Shown here piece by piece: positions 38,884 through 49,086 of a DNA stretch of 64,000 bases. The position numbers were made by a program, and so were the translations under genes. How positions within the stretch are numbered: the first letter of the stretch is position 1; each line of letters starts with the position of its first letter. The stretch is from Trueperaceae bacterium (GTDB lineage: Bacteria > Deinococcota > Deinococci > Deinococcales > Trueperaceae): NCBI GenBank assembly GCA_965213705.1, contig OZ243913.1, positions 2,944,001-3,008,000 of the forward strand. The letters are read 5' to 3'. Below the pieces are notes generated by a model. That model did no database searches, had not been told where the DNA came from, and saw nothing but the letters and a program-made list of their open reading frames with translations.

Positions 38884-39156
38884 CTAAACGCCCTCCCGAC
38901 CCTGCCTGACAATATCACTCATCCGGGTCCAGCCGTCCAGTGCGAACACACTGAGGTCGGCGGCAGTACACAGGCGAACTTTTGCCAAACCGGCTTTACC
39001 GAGCTGGCTCGGTTTTACACAGCGATTCTCAACGCGTCCAGACGTTACTCAGAACAACGCACCATTTTCTGAACCGTTCCCCGACGGACAGTCCAAACTT
39101 AGCGGCGCAGGCCGGTCAAGCAGGGTTAAAGCTGCTCGCTCTTGGCCGGCCCCTTG

Positions 39157-39209
39157 GTACAAACTGATTTGTACAGACTGATTTGCACAGACTGATTTGT
39201 ACAGACTGA
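39157..39209. repeat. 14-bp tandem repeat, about 3.8 copies, upstream of folP
   Basis: gtacaaactgattt gtacagactgattt gcacagactgattt gtacagactga. Confidence 0.9.
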
Positions 39210-39262
39210 GCAAGCCCTCGGACCGGACGTCTTGCTCTAAGGCGTGGGTGATAGCATGACTC

Positions 39263-40126
39263 GTGACGCACGAGCTTGTCTTTTACACGGCGGTGCCCGG
39301 TGCCGAACGCGGGTCGCGGGGTTACAGCGTGAGCTGGTCGGGCTCCAAGCTCATGGGTATTCTCAACGTGACGCCCGACAGTTTCAGCGACGGTGGCGCT
39401 TTTTTGCAGACCGAAGCCGCTCTTCGGCAGGCCCACGCGCTGCTCGCCGCGGGCGCTTTCATCCTCGACGTCGGCGGCGAGTCGACGCGGCCGGGTGCCG
39501 ACAGCGTGCCAATAGAGGTCGAGTTGGACCGCGTGCTGCCCGTAATCAAACACTTGGCTGAGACGACCGACGCGCTGCTCAGCGTCGACACTTACAAGCC
39601 GGAGGTCGCCCTGGCCGCTCTAAAAGCCGGCGCGCACCTGGTCAACGACGTTACAGGTCTGCGCAACCCCGACATGATTCGGGTTTGTGCCGAGCGCGGC
39701 GCGCCGGCCGTCATCATGCACATGCAGGGCGAACCGCGCACGATGCAGCGAGAGCCCGTCTACAACGACGTCGTGGGGGAGGTTTCGGCGTTTCTGACGA
39801 CCCAAGCCAAACGCGCTATAGCGCTTGACCTGCCGAGCGTCGTGCTCGACCCCGGTTTCGGGTTCGGCAAAACCGTGGCCCACAACCTGGCTCTGGTGCG
39901 CAACTTGCACGAGTTTGTCGGCGGCGGACACCCGGTCCTGCTCGGCGCTTCGCGCAAAAAGACGATTCACCACCTCGCAAACGTGCCCGACCCCGCCGAC
40001 CGCGACCCCGGCTCGTTGGCGCTGCACCTGTGGGGCGCGGCGCAAGGCGCGGCGCTCTTGAGGGTTCACAACGTCGCCGCGCACGCGCAAGCGCTCAAAG
40101 TGTGGGAGGCTGTAACGGATGCTTGA
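39263..40126 (+). CDS. folP: Dihydropteroate synthase
   Basis: MGILNVTPDSFSDGG, GGESTRPG, DPGFGFGK and SRK motifs. Confidence 0.97.
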   Translation: MTHELVFYTAVPGAERGSRGYSVSWSGSKLMGILNVTPDSFSDGGAFLQTEAALRQAHALLAAGAFILDVGGESTRPGADSVPIEVELDRVLPVIKHLAETTDALLSVDTYKPEVALAALKAGAHLVNDVTGLRNPDMIRVCAERGAPAVIMHMQGEPRTMQREPVYNDVVGEVSAFLTTQAKRAIALDLPSVVLDPGFGFGKTVAHNLALVRNLHEFVGGGHPVLLGASRKKTIHHLANVPDPADRDPGSLALHLWGAAQGAALLRVHNVAAHAQALKVWEAVTDA

Positions 40127-40478
40127 CCGCATCGTCTTAGAAGGCCTCGAGTTTCACGGTTTCCACGGCGTGTTTGAAGAAGAGGCCCGCTTCGGGGCAC
40201 GTTTCGTCGTGGACGTGGACTTAGGCTTGACCCTGCCGAGCGAAGACGACCTGCGCCGCACGGTCGACTACAGCAAAGTCTACGCCCTCGTCAAGTTTGA
40301 GGTCACCGAACGGCGCTACCGCCTTATAGAAGCCCTCGCCAACCGCATCGCCGCGCGTATCTTGAGCGAGCACGCGCTTGTACAAACCGTGACGGTGCGC
40401 GTTCACAAGCCGCACGCGCCGCTGCCCGGCGTCCTGCGCGACGTGTTCGTCGAGGTACGGCGTGCTCGAGGGGGTTGA
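40119..40478 (+). CDS. folB: Dihydroneopterin aldolase
   Basis: FHGFHGVFEEE, TVDYS, LIEALA and KPHAP motifs. Confidence 0.95.
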   Translation: MLDRIVLEGLEFHGFHGVFEEEARFGARFVVDVDLGLTLPSEDDLRRTVDYSKVYALVKFEVTERRYRLIEALANRIAARILSEHALVQTVTVRVHKPHAPLPGVLRDVFVEVRRARGG

Positions 40479-40998
40479 CGCGCTGCAAGGGCGGCCCCCG
40501 GAAGACACCGCTTTCGTCGCACTCGGCAGCAACTTGGACGACCCCGCGGCGCAGTTGCGGCGGGCGGCCCGCGCTTTGGAAACCCTGGGTGCGGTCACGG
40601 CGCGCTCGAGCCTTTACCAAACCGCCCCGGTCGGCGGCCCGCCGGGCCAAGCTCCTTACCTCAACGCAGTGGTGAGCTTGACGCCCCAAAATCCCTATCA
40701 AAATCCCGAAACGCTTCTTGGGGCGTTGCTGGCCTTGGAAAAAAGTCAGGGGCGCGTGCGCCTGGCGCGCTGGGGACCGCGCACGCTCGACCTCGACCTG
40801 CTCAGTTACGGAACGAGGGTTCTCGACACGGTTGCGCTCACGCTGCCCCACCCGCGCATGTGGGAGCGCGTTTTTGTGCTCGAGCCCCTGTGCGAAGTCG
40901 CGCCCGAGTTTCGCCACCCGGTCACGGGCGAAAACGCGTGCGCCGCGCTGGCCCGGCTCGGCAGGTCGGGCGTGCGGAAGACGGAGCATAGTTGGTGA
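40462..40998 (+). CDS. folK: 6-hydroxymethyl-7,8-dihydropterin pyrophosphokinase
   Basis: ALGSNL, WGPRTLDLDLL and LPHPRMWERVFVL motifs. Confidence 0.95.
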   Translation: MLEGVDALQGRPPEDTAFVALGSNLDDPAAQLRRAARALETLGAVTARSSLYQTAPVGGPPGQAPYLNAVVSLTPQNPYQNPETLLGALLALEKSQGRVRLARWGPRTLDLDLLSYGTRVLDTVALTLPHPRMWERVFVLEPLCEVAPEFRHPVTGENACAALARLGRSGVRKTEHSW

Positions 40999-41259
40999 CT
41001 TGACTTGTTGGCTGAGCGACCAGAAGGTTTTGAGAACGCGCTGCACGGCTTTTGCCCGTTGCCCCGCTCAGGTAGCCTTCCGTTTTGGGGCCGACCCAAA
41101 AGCAGTGGCTCGACCGCCCCGCCGCCCCGACCTTGCCGACTTTTCAACGCGCCCGGCGGCGCGGGTGTGTTACTTTAGGTAAAAGCCGTTTTCGCGGTGC
41201 AAGGCAGGCTTTTTGCGCCGTTTGATTCTTTGAGAAACGCCTCGAGGAGGCTCACCCGA

Positions 41260-42000
41260 GTGCCACCGCTGTACGAGTTCCGCCCTGTAGACGCCCTCGA
41301 CGTCGTCATCATCGCGGTGCTGCTTTACCAGATTTACAAGCTGCTTATCGGCTCTCGAGCCTGGAACGTGTTTCGCGGTCTGGCCGCGCTGGCGTTGCTG
41401 TGGTTTTTGGCGAACCAACTCGACCTCAAAGCGACCTCGTGGCTGTTCAACCGCGTTGCGCCCGCCGCCTTTTTGGCGGTCGTGGTCGTGTTTCAGCCCG
41501 AACTGCGCGCCGCTCTGGAACGGGTGGGCCGAGGCCGCCTGAACCGCAGCCAGAGCGGCGACCCGGTGCAAGAAATCATGACGGCGGTGCGCGAACTCGC
41601 CACCCAGCGCCGCGGCGCGCTCATCGCTATCGAGCGGCAAACGCCGTTGCTGGAATTCGGGCAGAGCGCCACGCCGCTGGGCGCACCCGTGAGCGCCGCG
41701 CTGCTGCAAACCATCTTCGACTCGAAGGGGCCGCTGCACGACGGCGGCGTCATCATCAGCGACGACACCCTCACCTTCGCCGGGGCAATTTTTCCGTTGT
41801 CGGACAAAAACGAGGGCTGGTCGGTCAAGCACGGCACCCGCCACCGCGCGGCCCTGGGCTTGTCCGAGGTCAGCGACGCGCTCGTCATCGTGGTGAGCGA
41901 GGAGCGCGGCACGGTGAGCGTCGCGCTAGGAGCGGCGCTCAAAACCGACATCGCCCCGGCCGACGTGCTGAGCGCCCTCACCGAGGTGTACAGCGCGTGA
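41260..42000 (+). CDS. cdaA: Diadenylate cyclase CdaA/DacA
   Basis: N-terminal TMs, FQPELR, PLHDGG, GTRHRAA and VSEERG; GAGGAGG RBS. Confidence 0.93.
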   Translation: MPPLYEFRPVDALDVVIIAVLLYQIYKLLIGSRAWNVFRGLAALALLWFLANQLDLKATSWLFNRVAPAAFLAVVVVFQPELRAALERVGRGRLNRSQSGDPVQEIMTAVRELATQRRGALIAIERQTPLLEFGQSATPLGAPVSAALLQTIFDSKGPLHDGGVIISDDTLTFAGAIFPLSDKNEGWSVKHGTRHRAALGLSEVSDALVIVVSEERGTVSVALGAALKTDIAPADVLSALTEVYSA

Positions 42001-42995
42001 CCCTCAAAGACGCGTTCAACAACTGGCCGCAAAAACTGGGCGCGCTGGCCCTGGCCGTGTTTGTGTGGTACTTCGTCAACCTCAGCAACACCGACATTTC
42101 GCAAGGAACGTTCACCGTCCCGGTCGCGGTCGAAGGCGTCAGCGCGGACCAGGTGCCGAGCGGCGTGCCCGAAACGATTGAGGTCATCGTGTCGGGGCCG
42201 AGCCGCGGGGTCAACCGCTTGAGCTTGACGCCCGAGCGCATCGACGCGACTCTCGACTTGAGCGGAGTCAGCGGCGCGTTCCAGCGGCCGATTTTGGTCT
42301 CGGCGCCGCAAGACATCACCATCCTCAACCGCATCCCGTCCGAGGCGGTCGGCACGGTGGAGACCGTCGACACCAAAACGGTGCCCGTCGCGGTGGGGCT
42401 GTTGGGGGGCGGCGACGGACTACTCATCCCGAGTTACGCGCCGCAGACGGCCGTGGTGCGGGGCCGCAGCTCGGTTTTGGAGCGGGTGGCGCAGGTCCTG
42501 GCGACGGTGCAACCCACGCCGGGCGAGCAAGAAGTCTCGCTCTACACCGTTACTGACGCAGGCAAACCGGTCAGCGACGCCATGCTGAACGTGGACCCGC
42601 AAACCGTGACGGTAAACGTGAGCGAAGTGCCGGTTCTTTACACCAAAACCCTGCCCGTAAGCGTTTTGGAACCCGACTTCGAGCCCTTCGCACTCACAAG
42701 CTTCACCCAGTCTCGAGACACGGTGCGCGTCGCCGGACCCAAAGAAGTGCTCGACACGCTCACCGAGGCCGTGGGCTTCGTCCAACTCGATACGCCCCTC
42801 AGAGCGGCGGGTGAGTATACTTTGCAGGTTAGACCGCAGCTGCCCGACGGGGTTACGGTGCTGGAGCCGGTTTCCGTCCAACTAACTCTCGAGCCACCCA
42901 CCCCGCCCCCTGGAGACACGAATGATTTACCCGATTCGCCTGTACGGAGACCCGGTGCTACGCAAAACGGCGAGCCCGGTGACATCGTTCGGTAA
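41997..42995 (+). CDS. cdaR: CdaR (YbbR-like repeat) regulator
   Basis: NNWPQKLGALALAVFVWYFV anchor followed by beta-rich repeats; GTGA overlap with cdaA. Confidence 0.85.
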   Translation: MTLKDAFNNWPQKLGALALAVFVWYFVNLSNTDISQGTFTVPVAVEGVSADQVPSGVPETIEVIVSGPSRGVNRLSLTPERIDATLDLSGVSGAFQRPILVSAPQDITILNRIPSEAVGTVETVDTKTVPVAVGLLGGGDGLLIPSYAPQTAVVRGRSSVLERVAQVLATVQPTPGEQEVSLYTVTDAGKPVSDAMLNVDPQTVTVNVSEVPVLYTKTLPVSVLEPDFEPFALTSFTQSRDTVRVAGPKEVLDTLTEAVGFVQLDTPLRAAGEYTLQVRPQLPDGVTVLEPVSVQLTLEPPTPPPGDTNDLPDSPVRRPGATQNGEPGDIVR

Positions 42996-43560
42996 AAGTT
43001 TGGAACGCCTCGCCTCCGACATGGTTGAAACGATGTACGAGCACAACGGCATCGGCTTGGCCGGGCCACAAATCGGCTTGTCCAAACGCCTCTTTATCGC
43101 CGCCGAAGTCGACAAAAGCTTAGTCGAGGACGAGGACGAAGACGCGCCTGTGCCGCAGAACCTGCAAGAAAAACGCCGGCGCTGGGGCGTCGTCGCCGAA
43201 CACTTCATGGTCAACCCGGAAATTGTCCGCCGCGCCGGTGCTCAAACCGGTTTCGACGGCTGTCTGAGCCTGCCGGGGTTGTACGTCGAGGGCATGGAGC
43301 GCCCCGACACCGTCACCGTGCGCTACCAGGACGCCCACGGTCAGTGGCACGAGCGCCAAGCCAACGGTCACTTCGCTTGGGTGATTCAGCACGAGTACGA
43401 CCACTTGGAAGGCGTGTTCTTTTTCGACCGCTTGCCCGAGACCGAAAAGCGCAAGTTTTTAGAAGAGCACCGCGGCGACTTGGCGCAAATGCAGCGTGAC
43501 GCCAAAACTTTTTTGAAAGACCGGAAAGACAAAGCCTCGCCTTTACCGGTTTTGAGCTGA
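42922..43560 (+). CDS. def: Peptide deformylase
   Basis: GIGLAGPQ, DGCLS and QHEYDHLEG motifs. Confidence 0.95.
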   Translation: MIYPIRLYGDPVLRKTASPVTSFGKSLERLASDMVETMYEHNGIGLAGPQIGLSKRLFIAAEVDKSLVEDEDEDAPVPQNLQEKRRRWGVVAEHFMVNPEIVRRAGAQTGFDGCLSLPGLYVEGMERPDTVTVRYQDAHGQWHERQANGHFAWVIQHEYDHLEGVFFFDRLPETEKRKFLEEHRGDLAQMQRDAKTFLKDRKDKASPLPVLS

Positions 43561-44483
43561 TGCGCGCCGCCCTGTTCGGCTCGCCCGGTTTCGCCCTGCC
43601 GACGCTGCACGCCCTCAACGCCCAGCACGAAATCGTCCTCGTCGTTACGCAACCGGACAAGCCCGTCGGGCGTGGGCTCGAGCTGAGGTCGCCGCCCCTC
43701 GCGGTAGCGGCCAAAGAGCTGGGGCTGCGGCTCGAGCAACCGCGTCGCCTCAAAAAAAACGAGGCGTTTCATGACCTCGTCAAAAGCTTGAACCTAGACG
43801 TCGCCGTGACCGCCGCTTACGGTAAAATCCTGCCGCAGAGCTTACTGGATATACCCGAACACGGTTTTCTGAACGTCCACGCCAGCCTGCTGCCGAAGTA
43901 CCGCGGGGCCGCGCCGATTCAGTGGGCGCTTGTCAATGGCGAGACAGAGACGGGCATCAGCCTCATGCAGACCGAAGCCGGGCTCGACACCGGCCCGGTG
44001 CGACACGTAAAAAAGTTGGACGTAGCGGCAGAAGACACGGCGCTGACGCTGTTCGACAAACTTGCCGAACTGGGGGCGCAGGCGCTTTCGGAGGGGCTCG
44101 AGCTTTTAGAAGCGGGCGCCCTTCCCTGCCAGCCGCAGGACGACACGAGAGCGACACATGCGCCGCTTTTGACCAAAGAAGACGGCGAAGTGTGTTGGCT
44201 AGACACCGCGCAAGCCGTCGTCAACCGCTACCGCGGCGTGGTTGCCTGGCCGGGCACCTGGACGAGTTTTCGCCAGCAGACGCTAAAAGTTCACAGCCTC
44301 GAGCCTACCGAGGGCGACGGCGCTCCGGGCACGGTTTTGAAAGTCGGCAAAGAGGGCGTCACGGTTGCGACCGGCGGCGGGGCGGTTATACTCGTGAGCG
44401 TGCAGCCTCCCAACAAAGCCAAAATGCTCGCTTACGACTGGGCCAACGGCTACCGGGTGAAAGAGGGCGATAAGCTTGGCTAA
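43560..44483 (+). CDS. fmt: Methionyl-tRNA formyltransferase
   Basis: VTQPDKPVGRG and NVHASLLPKYRGAAPIQ motifs. Confidence 0.97.
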   Translation: MRAALFGSPGFALPTLHALNAQHEIVLVVTQPDKPVGRGLELRSPPLAVAAKELGLRLEQPRRLKKNEAFHDLVKSLNLDVAVTAAYGKILPQSLLDIPEHGFLNVHASLLPKYRGAAPIQWALVNGETETGISLMQTEAGLDTGPVRHVKKLDVAAEDTALTLFDKLAELGAQALSEGLELLEAGALPCQPQDDTRATHAPLLTKEDGEVCWLDTAQAVVNRYRGVVAWPGTWTSFRQQTLKVHSLEPTEGDGAPGTVLKVGKEGVTVATGGGAVILVSVQPPNKAKMLAYDWANGYRVKEGDKLG

Positions 44484-45795
44484 AGTTGCGATTGTGGGCC
44501 GCCCGAACGTGGGCAAGTCGAGCCTGTTCAACCGGCTCGTCGGCCGCCGCGAGGCGATCGTCGCCGACCAACCCGGCGTCACGCGCGACGTAAAAAGCGC
44601 GCAGGTCACCTCGGACTTAGGCGGCAAGTTCACGCTGCTCGACACGGGCGGCTTGTGGTCGAACGACACCTGGGAAGCGGCCATCAAGCGCCGTATCGAG
44701 GCGAGTCTGCAAGACGTCGACTTGATTTTATTCGCGGTGGACGGGCGGACGCCGCTCTCGAGCGCCGACTTTGAGATTGCCGGTTGGCTCCGCACCCTGA
44801 ACAAAGACACGATGCTCCTCGCGACAAAACTCGACGACCCGCGCCACGAAGAAAACCCCGACCTGTTTGAAACCTACAACCTTGGTTTCGGCGAGCCCTA
44901 CCCCGTAAGCGCCGAACACGCGCGGGGCACCGCCGACCTCATCGACATCATCCTGGACAAGTTGCCCGAGGAAGACGAAGGCGCGGAAGAGGCGCGCGTG
45001 CGCGTCGCGATTATCGGGCGGCCGAACGTGGGCAAGTCGAGCCTGCTCAACGCCATCGTCGGCAGCGAGCAGACCATCGTCGCCGACGAAGCGGGCACGA
45101 CGCGGGACAGCGTCGACGTCGAGTTCAATTTTGCGGGCCGGCCCTTCACCCTCGTCGACACCGCCGGGATTCGCCGCAAGCCCGACGAGGGCGTCGAGTT
45201 CTACTCGAAAGTGCGCAGCGAAGAGGCGATTCACAAGGCCGACGTGACCGTCCTCGTCGTCGACCCGTTCGAGTTGGGCGACCACGAGATGCGCATGGCG
45301 AACGTGGCCTTAGAAGCGGGCAAGCCCGTCGTCCTCGCCGTCAACAAGTGGGACCTCGTCACCGACGAGCAGTTGAAACTTTTCGAACGCGAGGTTCGCG
45401 AACAGCTCTCGCACCTCGGGCACGCGCCCAAGGTCTACACGAGCGCCGTCACCGACTACGGCCTGCACGAGCTGTTGGCAAGCGTCATCCGCGTGTACGA
45501 CACCGCGCACCGGCGCGTCTCGACGGGCCAGATGAACGCCTGGATGGAAGTGTGGACGCAGCGCCAAGCGCCGCCCAACTTCAGCGGCAAGCCCCTCAAG
45601 CTGTTCTACACCACTCAAGCCGACGTCGCCCCGCCGACGTTCGTGATGAGCGTCAACAACGAAAAGTTCGTGACGCGGCCTTATGAGCAGTACCTCCTCA
45701 ACCGCATACGCGAAGATTTGGACTTCGCCGAGGTGCCGATTCGGCTCATCTTCAAGTCGCGGAACAAGGACGGCGGCAAGCGGGTACGTCTCTGA
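44476..45795 (+). CDS. der: Ribosome biogenesis GTPase Der (EngA)
   Basis: Two GRPNVGKSS G-domains plus C-terminal KH-like domain. Confidence 0.97.
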   Translation: MAKVAIVGRPNVGKSSLFNRLVGRREAIVADQPGVTRDVKSAQVTSDLGGKFTLLDTGGLWSNDTWEAAIKRRIEASLQDVDLILFAVDGRTPLSSADFEIAGWLRTLNKDTMLLATKLDDPRHEENPDLFETYNLGFGEPYPVSAEHARGTADLIDIILDKLPEEDEGAEEARVRVAIIGRPNVGKSSLLNAIVGSEQTIVADEAGTTRDSVDVEFNFAGRPFTLVDTAGIRRKPDEGVEFYSKVRSEEAIHKADVTVLVVDPFELGDHEMRMANVALEAGKPVVLAVNKWDLVTDEQLKLFEREVREQLSHLGHAPKVYTSAVTDYGLHELLASVIRVYDTAHRRVSTGQMNAWMEVWTQRQAPPNFSGKPLKLFYTTQADVAPPTFVMSVNNEKFVTRPYEQYLLNRIREDLDFAEVPIRLIFKSRNKDGGKRVRL

Positions 45796-45838
45796 GGGGC
45801 GCTTGGACTCGACTTACAAAAGTTTTATACTGAAAATT

Positions 45839-46411
45839 ATGGACACGCTGACTTCGAACAACTCGGTGCAGGCATTCAGGCGCTACCGGTTCACCCCAGA
45901 AGAGTACTTGCGCCTAGCCGAGTTAGGTGTTTTAGCGGGCCGCACCGAACTGCGGGACGGAGATATTCTGACGATGTCACCCACGAGCCCGCTTCACAAC
46001 GCCCTCGTTTTACGCTTGCGCCGCCGTCTCGAGGCCGCACTGGGAACGCGCGTGCTCGTGTTCGAACAGAGTACCGTCCGCTTCGGTGGTTGGCTTCCCG
46101 AGCCGGATTTGCTGGTTGCTTTTCACCGCGACGACGACTACGCCGAGAGCTATCCGAAACCGGAAGATATCGCCCTCGTCATCGAAGTTTCGGTAAGCAC
46201 CTTGGCCGAAGACAGAAACGAAAAAGTGCCCCGGTACGCTCGAGCCGGTGTCCGCGAGGTCTGGCTTTACAACGTTGGAGAACAGGTGTTCGAAGTTTTC
46301 TGGACTCCTCAGCGCGCGACCTATCAGGCCGAGCAAACATACAGCCACGACCAGGTGTTCGCCCTGCAAGCCTTCCCCAACAAACCGAGCGTATGGTCGC
46401 CGGAACGCTGA
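45839..46411 (+). CDS. Uma2 family endonuclease
   Basis: FTPEEY, PEPDL, LVIEVS and YARAGVREVW motifs. Confidence 0.88.
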   Translation: MDTLTSNNSVQAFRRYRFTPEEYLRLAELGVLAGRTELRDGDILTMSPTSPLHNALVLRLRRRLEAALGTRVLVFEQSTVRFGGWLPEPDLLVAFHRDDDYAESYPKPEDIALVIEVSVSTLAEDRNEKVPRYARAGVREVWLYNVGEQVFEVFWTPQRATYQAEQTYSHDQVFALQAFPNKPSVWSPER

Positions 46412-46428
46412 TACGTTACACTGTGACT

Positions 46429-47217
46429 ATGAAAAAATTTATGATTATAGCGCTGGCAGCGTGGTTCAGTTTTTCGTTAGCACAAGACACGGCGTCCCAG
46501 GACACCACATCTTGTGCGGCGCTGCTCGAGCCCCCACCCCTTCAAGACCAAGCGAACGCTGCATGGTCGAACCTGCAGTCGGTCGAAGCCGACACGACCG
46601 CGACGCAAACCGTCGAAGGTGAGTCCGTCGCTTTGGCGGTGCGCATTCTTTTCGACTTGACCAACAAGCGTATCTATCAAACCACGAACCTTAACGGTGA
46701 AGAAGTAGCCGTGTTGCGCTACGCGGACGGCAAAGCGAGCATGACCATGCCCGGTGTGGACGAAAACTTGCCCACGCCTCCAGGTCTCGAGGCGCAGTTT
46801 CAGCAGCAACTCGAGCAAATGTCCCAAAACGTATTAAGCGACCCCACCGCGGTGTGGGGCGAATCCGAAATTATCAGTTGCGACGGCACGAAACAGTACG
46901 GCGACGTTTTGACAGGTGAGCAGGTCACGGTGCGGTTGCAAGCGGGCGAAGGCAACGCCCTCCTCCAAACCGTCATGCCGGATACGCCCGTGCAACTCGT
47001 CTTTGTCGAAGGGCAGGCGAAGGGCGTCGTGCAAGAATTACCCGAACTCGGCCCCACCCTCATGGTGTTCGACGTGACTCAAAACAGTGAGGGCCTGGTC
47101 GAGCGTGTGGCAATCCAGCAGTACAGTTGGGACGGCAGCGTCGTGGAAGCCACGGGTACGACGACGGTAGACTACAGCTACGATGTGCCGGTTAACGAAA
47201 CCCTTTTCAACCCGTAA
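46429..47217 (+). CDS. Hypothetical exported protein
   Basis: MKKFMIIALAAWFSFSLA signal peptide; beta-strand-rich body. Confidence 0.7.
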   Translation: MKKFMIIALAAWFSFSLAQDTASQDTTSCAALLEPPPLQDQANAAWSNLQSVEADTTATQTVEGESVALAVRILFDLTNKRIYQTTNLNGEEVAVLRYADGKASMTMPGVDENLPTPPGLEAQFQQQLEQMSQNVLSDPTAVWGESEIISCDGTKQYGDVLTGEQVTVRLQAGEGNALLQTVMPDTPVQLVFVEGQAKGVVQELPELGPTLMVFDVTQNSEGLVERVAIQQYSWDGSVVEATGTTTVDYSYDVPVNETLFNP

Positions 47218-47224
47218 ACCCTGT

Positions 47225-47707
47225 TCAAACCGTACAGCCACACTCTAACCCGAGCGCGACCGGCGAGATGTGCCGCGCTACTCCATCCTGCCGTACGTGC
47301 AACACTAGAAGAGTGTAAGGGTTGAAAACGACGACGTCTTTGACCCCTTGGGCCAAATAGAACTGAGGCCCGATGTCCAAGTCTTTGGCCTCGTAACCTT
47401 TGCTGATAACCTCGATGACCGCCTCGGGCACCAGGGTAATCGCCTCTTCTTGCTCCTCAGGCTCCTTGAAAAAAACTGAGATGTCCGGCCTTTTTAAGGA
47501 GCCGTCTGGAAAAGCCACGTAAACGTCGGCTGTGTGGACGCAGCCGCACTTCCCACCCTGAGCGTCCGCTGTCGGCACGATGGTCGCGCGAATCCGGTCG
47601 ACGGCTTTTTGGTGCTTGTATACCGGATGCGGTTCCCAAATCGGCAAGCCCGCCACCCGCTCCAAGCGAATCCCGAGTTCGTCGGCGCGTAAAAGTTTAG
47701 GGTCCAT
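47225..47707 (-). CDS. Uma2 family endonuclease
   Basis: KRPDIS, PEAVIEVIS and YLAQGV motifs; GGAG RBS before ATG 47707. Confidence 0.85.
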   Translation of the reverse strand: MDPKLLRADELGIRLERVAGLPIWEPHPVYKHQKAVDRIRATIVPTADAQGGKCGCVHTADVYVAFPDGSLKRPDISVFFKEPEEQEEAITLVPEAVIEVISKGYEAKDLDIGPQFYLAQGVKDVVVFNPYTLLVLHVRQDGVARHISPVALGLECGCTV

Positions 47708-47761
47708 CGTCGTACTCCATGCGACCAAAGTAGCACGAACCGCCTTACTTTCGAGTCTGCG

Positions 47762-48376
47762 TCAGGCAAGCTCGAGCCCGAAGGTCGTTTCCACCACGCC
47801 CGGCAGCAGCTTATAAATCGAACAGCCCAACGCGGTTTCAAAAGTTTTTTGAATGTCCAGGTAAGCCTGCCACTTCGGAACGGTGTACTCGTTGACGCCG
47901 TGGCGCAGCGCGACGTCAATCATGCGTTTTTCCAGCAGACACAAGCCCGAAGGTAACGCGAGGCAATCGCAAAGCTGTAACAAGTGGTCATAGTCGGTGT
48001 AGGTGAGGCTCGAGAGGTAATTGTCAACAAAAGCAAGCTCCTCTTCAGTCACGTCCCAGTGGCCGAAGATGGCTTTATGGTCCTGAACGGGAAACGAGTG
48101 CGTCATGCAAATCCGCGCCGCGTCGTCGAAACTGCCTTCTTGTAAAAAACTATAACCGTCGAGCGTGTGGCGCATCCCCGTCACGCCTTCTTGCCGCCCG
48201 AGGTCGTGAAGCAGCCCCAGGATGTGAGCGGTTTCGGGATTCAAGTCGGGGTGAGGTTCGGCGATGCAGCGGGCGGCGAGAGCGACATTTTGTGAGTGCG
48301 CCACCCAGGGACCGGGGTTGCGGCGCTCGGCCTCGAGCAGCAAGCGTTCCGCTTCCTCAAGGCTCGGAATCTTCAC
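47762..48376 (-). CDS. HD-domain phosphohydrolase
   Basis: WVAHS, GLLHDLGR and QLCD motifs. Confidence 0.85.
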   Translation of the reverse strand: MKIPSLEEAERLLLEAERRNPGPWVAHSQNVALAARCIAEPHPDLNPETAHILGLLHDLGRQEGVTGMRHTLDGYSFLQEGSFDDAARICMTHSFPVQDHKAIFGHWDVTEEELAFVDNYLSSLTYTDYDHLLQLCDCLALPSGLCLLEKRMIDVALRHGVNEYTVPKWQAYLDIQKTFETALGCSIYKLLPGVVETTFGLELA

Positions 48377-49086
48377 GCTTTTTCGACCTCTAAGTCCACC
48401 TTGAGGTTACCCCGCCGCGTCTCGCCCTGCACCGAGCCGACCGAGAAGCGGCCCAAACCTTCGGCGTAGACCTCGTCGCCCGCTTCGGCGTTGCTGGACT
48501 TGCCCGCTTTTTGACCGTTGACAGTTACATTGCCCGCGGCGACGCCCTTGCTGAAGTAAGAGCGCGACACGTTGAACGCCTTTGCACCGAGGGCGTCGAC
48601 GCGCAAGGACGGCACGATGACGGTGCTGCGTTTGCGGCTGCCCGAGGCGACGCGCTCAACGGCGACCTCCTGCAACTCTACGTTGCGCCCGCGTACGTTG
48701 ACGGTTCCGGGCAAGTCTTTACCCGCCTCGCTCAGCACGATGATGGAAAACCCGGCGGCGTGTTTGACCGTATCGCCCACCGCCTCAGCGCCCAGCGCTT
48801 GCTTGAACGCGGCAAACAGGTCGTCCGGCTCTAAAACGCCTTCGGCGTAGAACGCGCTCAGAGGTGTGGTGGCTTCGGGGATGGTCTCCGGGAACGCCGT
48901 CACCACGCGGCGACGCGCCCCCGGGAAGCCGCCCGAGACGTGGACGCCGACCTCGGCCTCGCGGAGTTTGGCGCTCAAGGCGGCGGCCGCGTCGGGCTCC
49001 AAAAAGCCCGTATGCGCCACGCGGCCGCCGCGCGCGGCGGTGAGCAAGCGCTCTAAAGCGCCGTTGGCGACCGGTTTAGCGGACAT
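48373..49086 (-). CDS. S4-domain RNA-binding protein (YlmH-like)
   Basis: TGFLEP, GGFPGARRR, SLRVDAL and GLGRF motifs. Confidence 0.85.
   Translation of the reverse strand: MSAKPVANGALERLLTAARGGRVAHTGFLEPDAAAALSAKLREAEVGVHVSGGFPGARRRVVTAFPETIPEATTPLSAFYAEGVLEPDDLFAAFKQALGAEAVGDTVKHAAGFSIIVLSEAGKDLPGTVNVRGRNVELQEVAVERVASGSRKRSTVIVPSLRVDALGAKAFNVSRSYFSKGVAAGNVTVNGQKAGKSSNAEAGDEVYAEGLGRFSVGSVQGETRRGNLKVDLEVEKA

Noticed and set aside
44494..45050. Near-identical direct repeat ccgaacgtgggcaagtcgagcctg
   Set aside because: It encodes the two G1 motifs of Der, as expected.
45839..47707. Two Uma2 nucleases flanking an exported protein as a defence system
   Set aside because: The genes are convergent with separate promoters, and Uma2 genes are commonly scattered in this group; no evidence of a functional unit.
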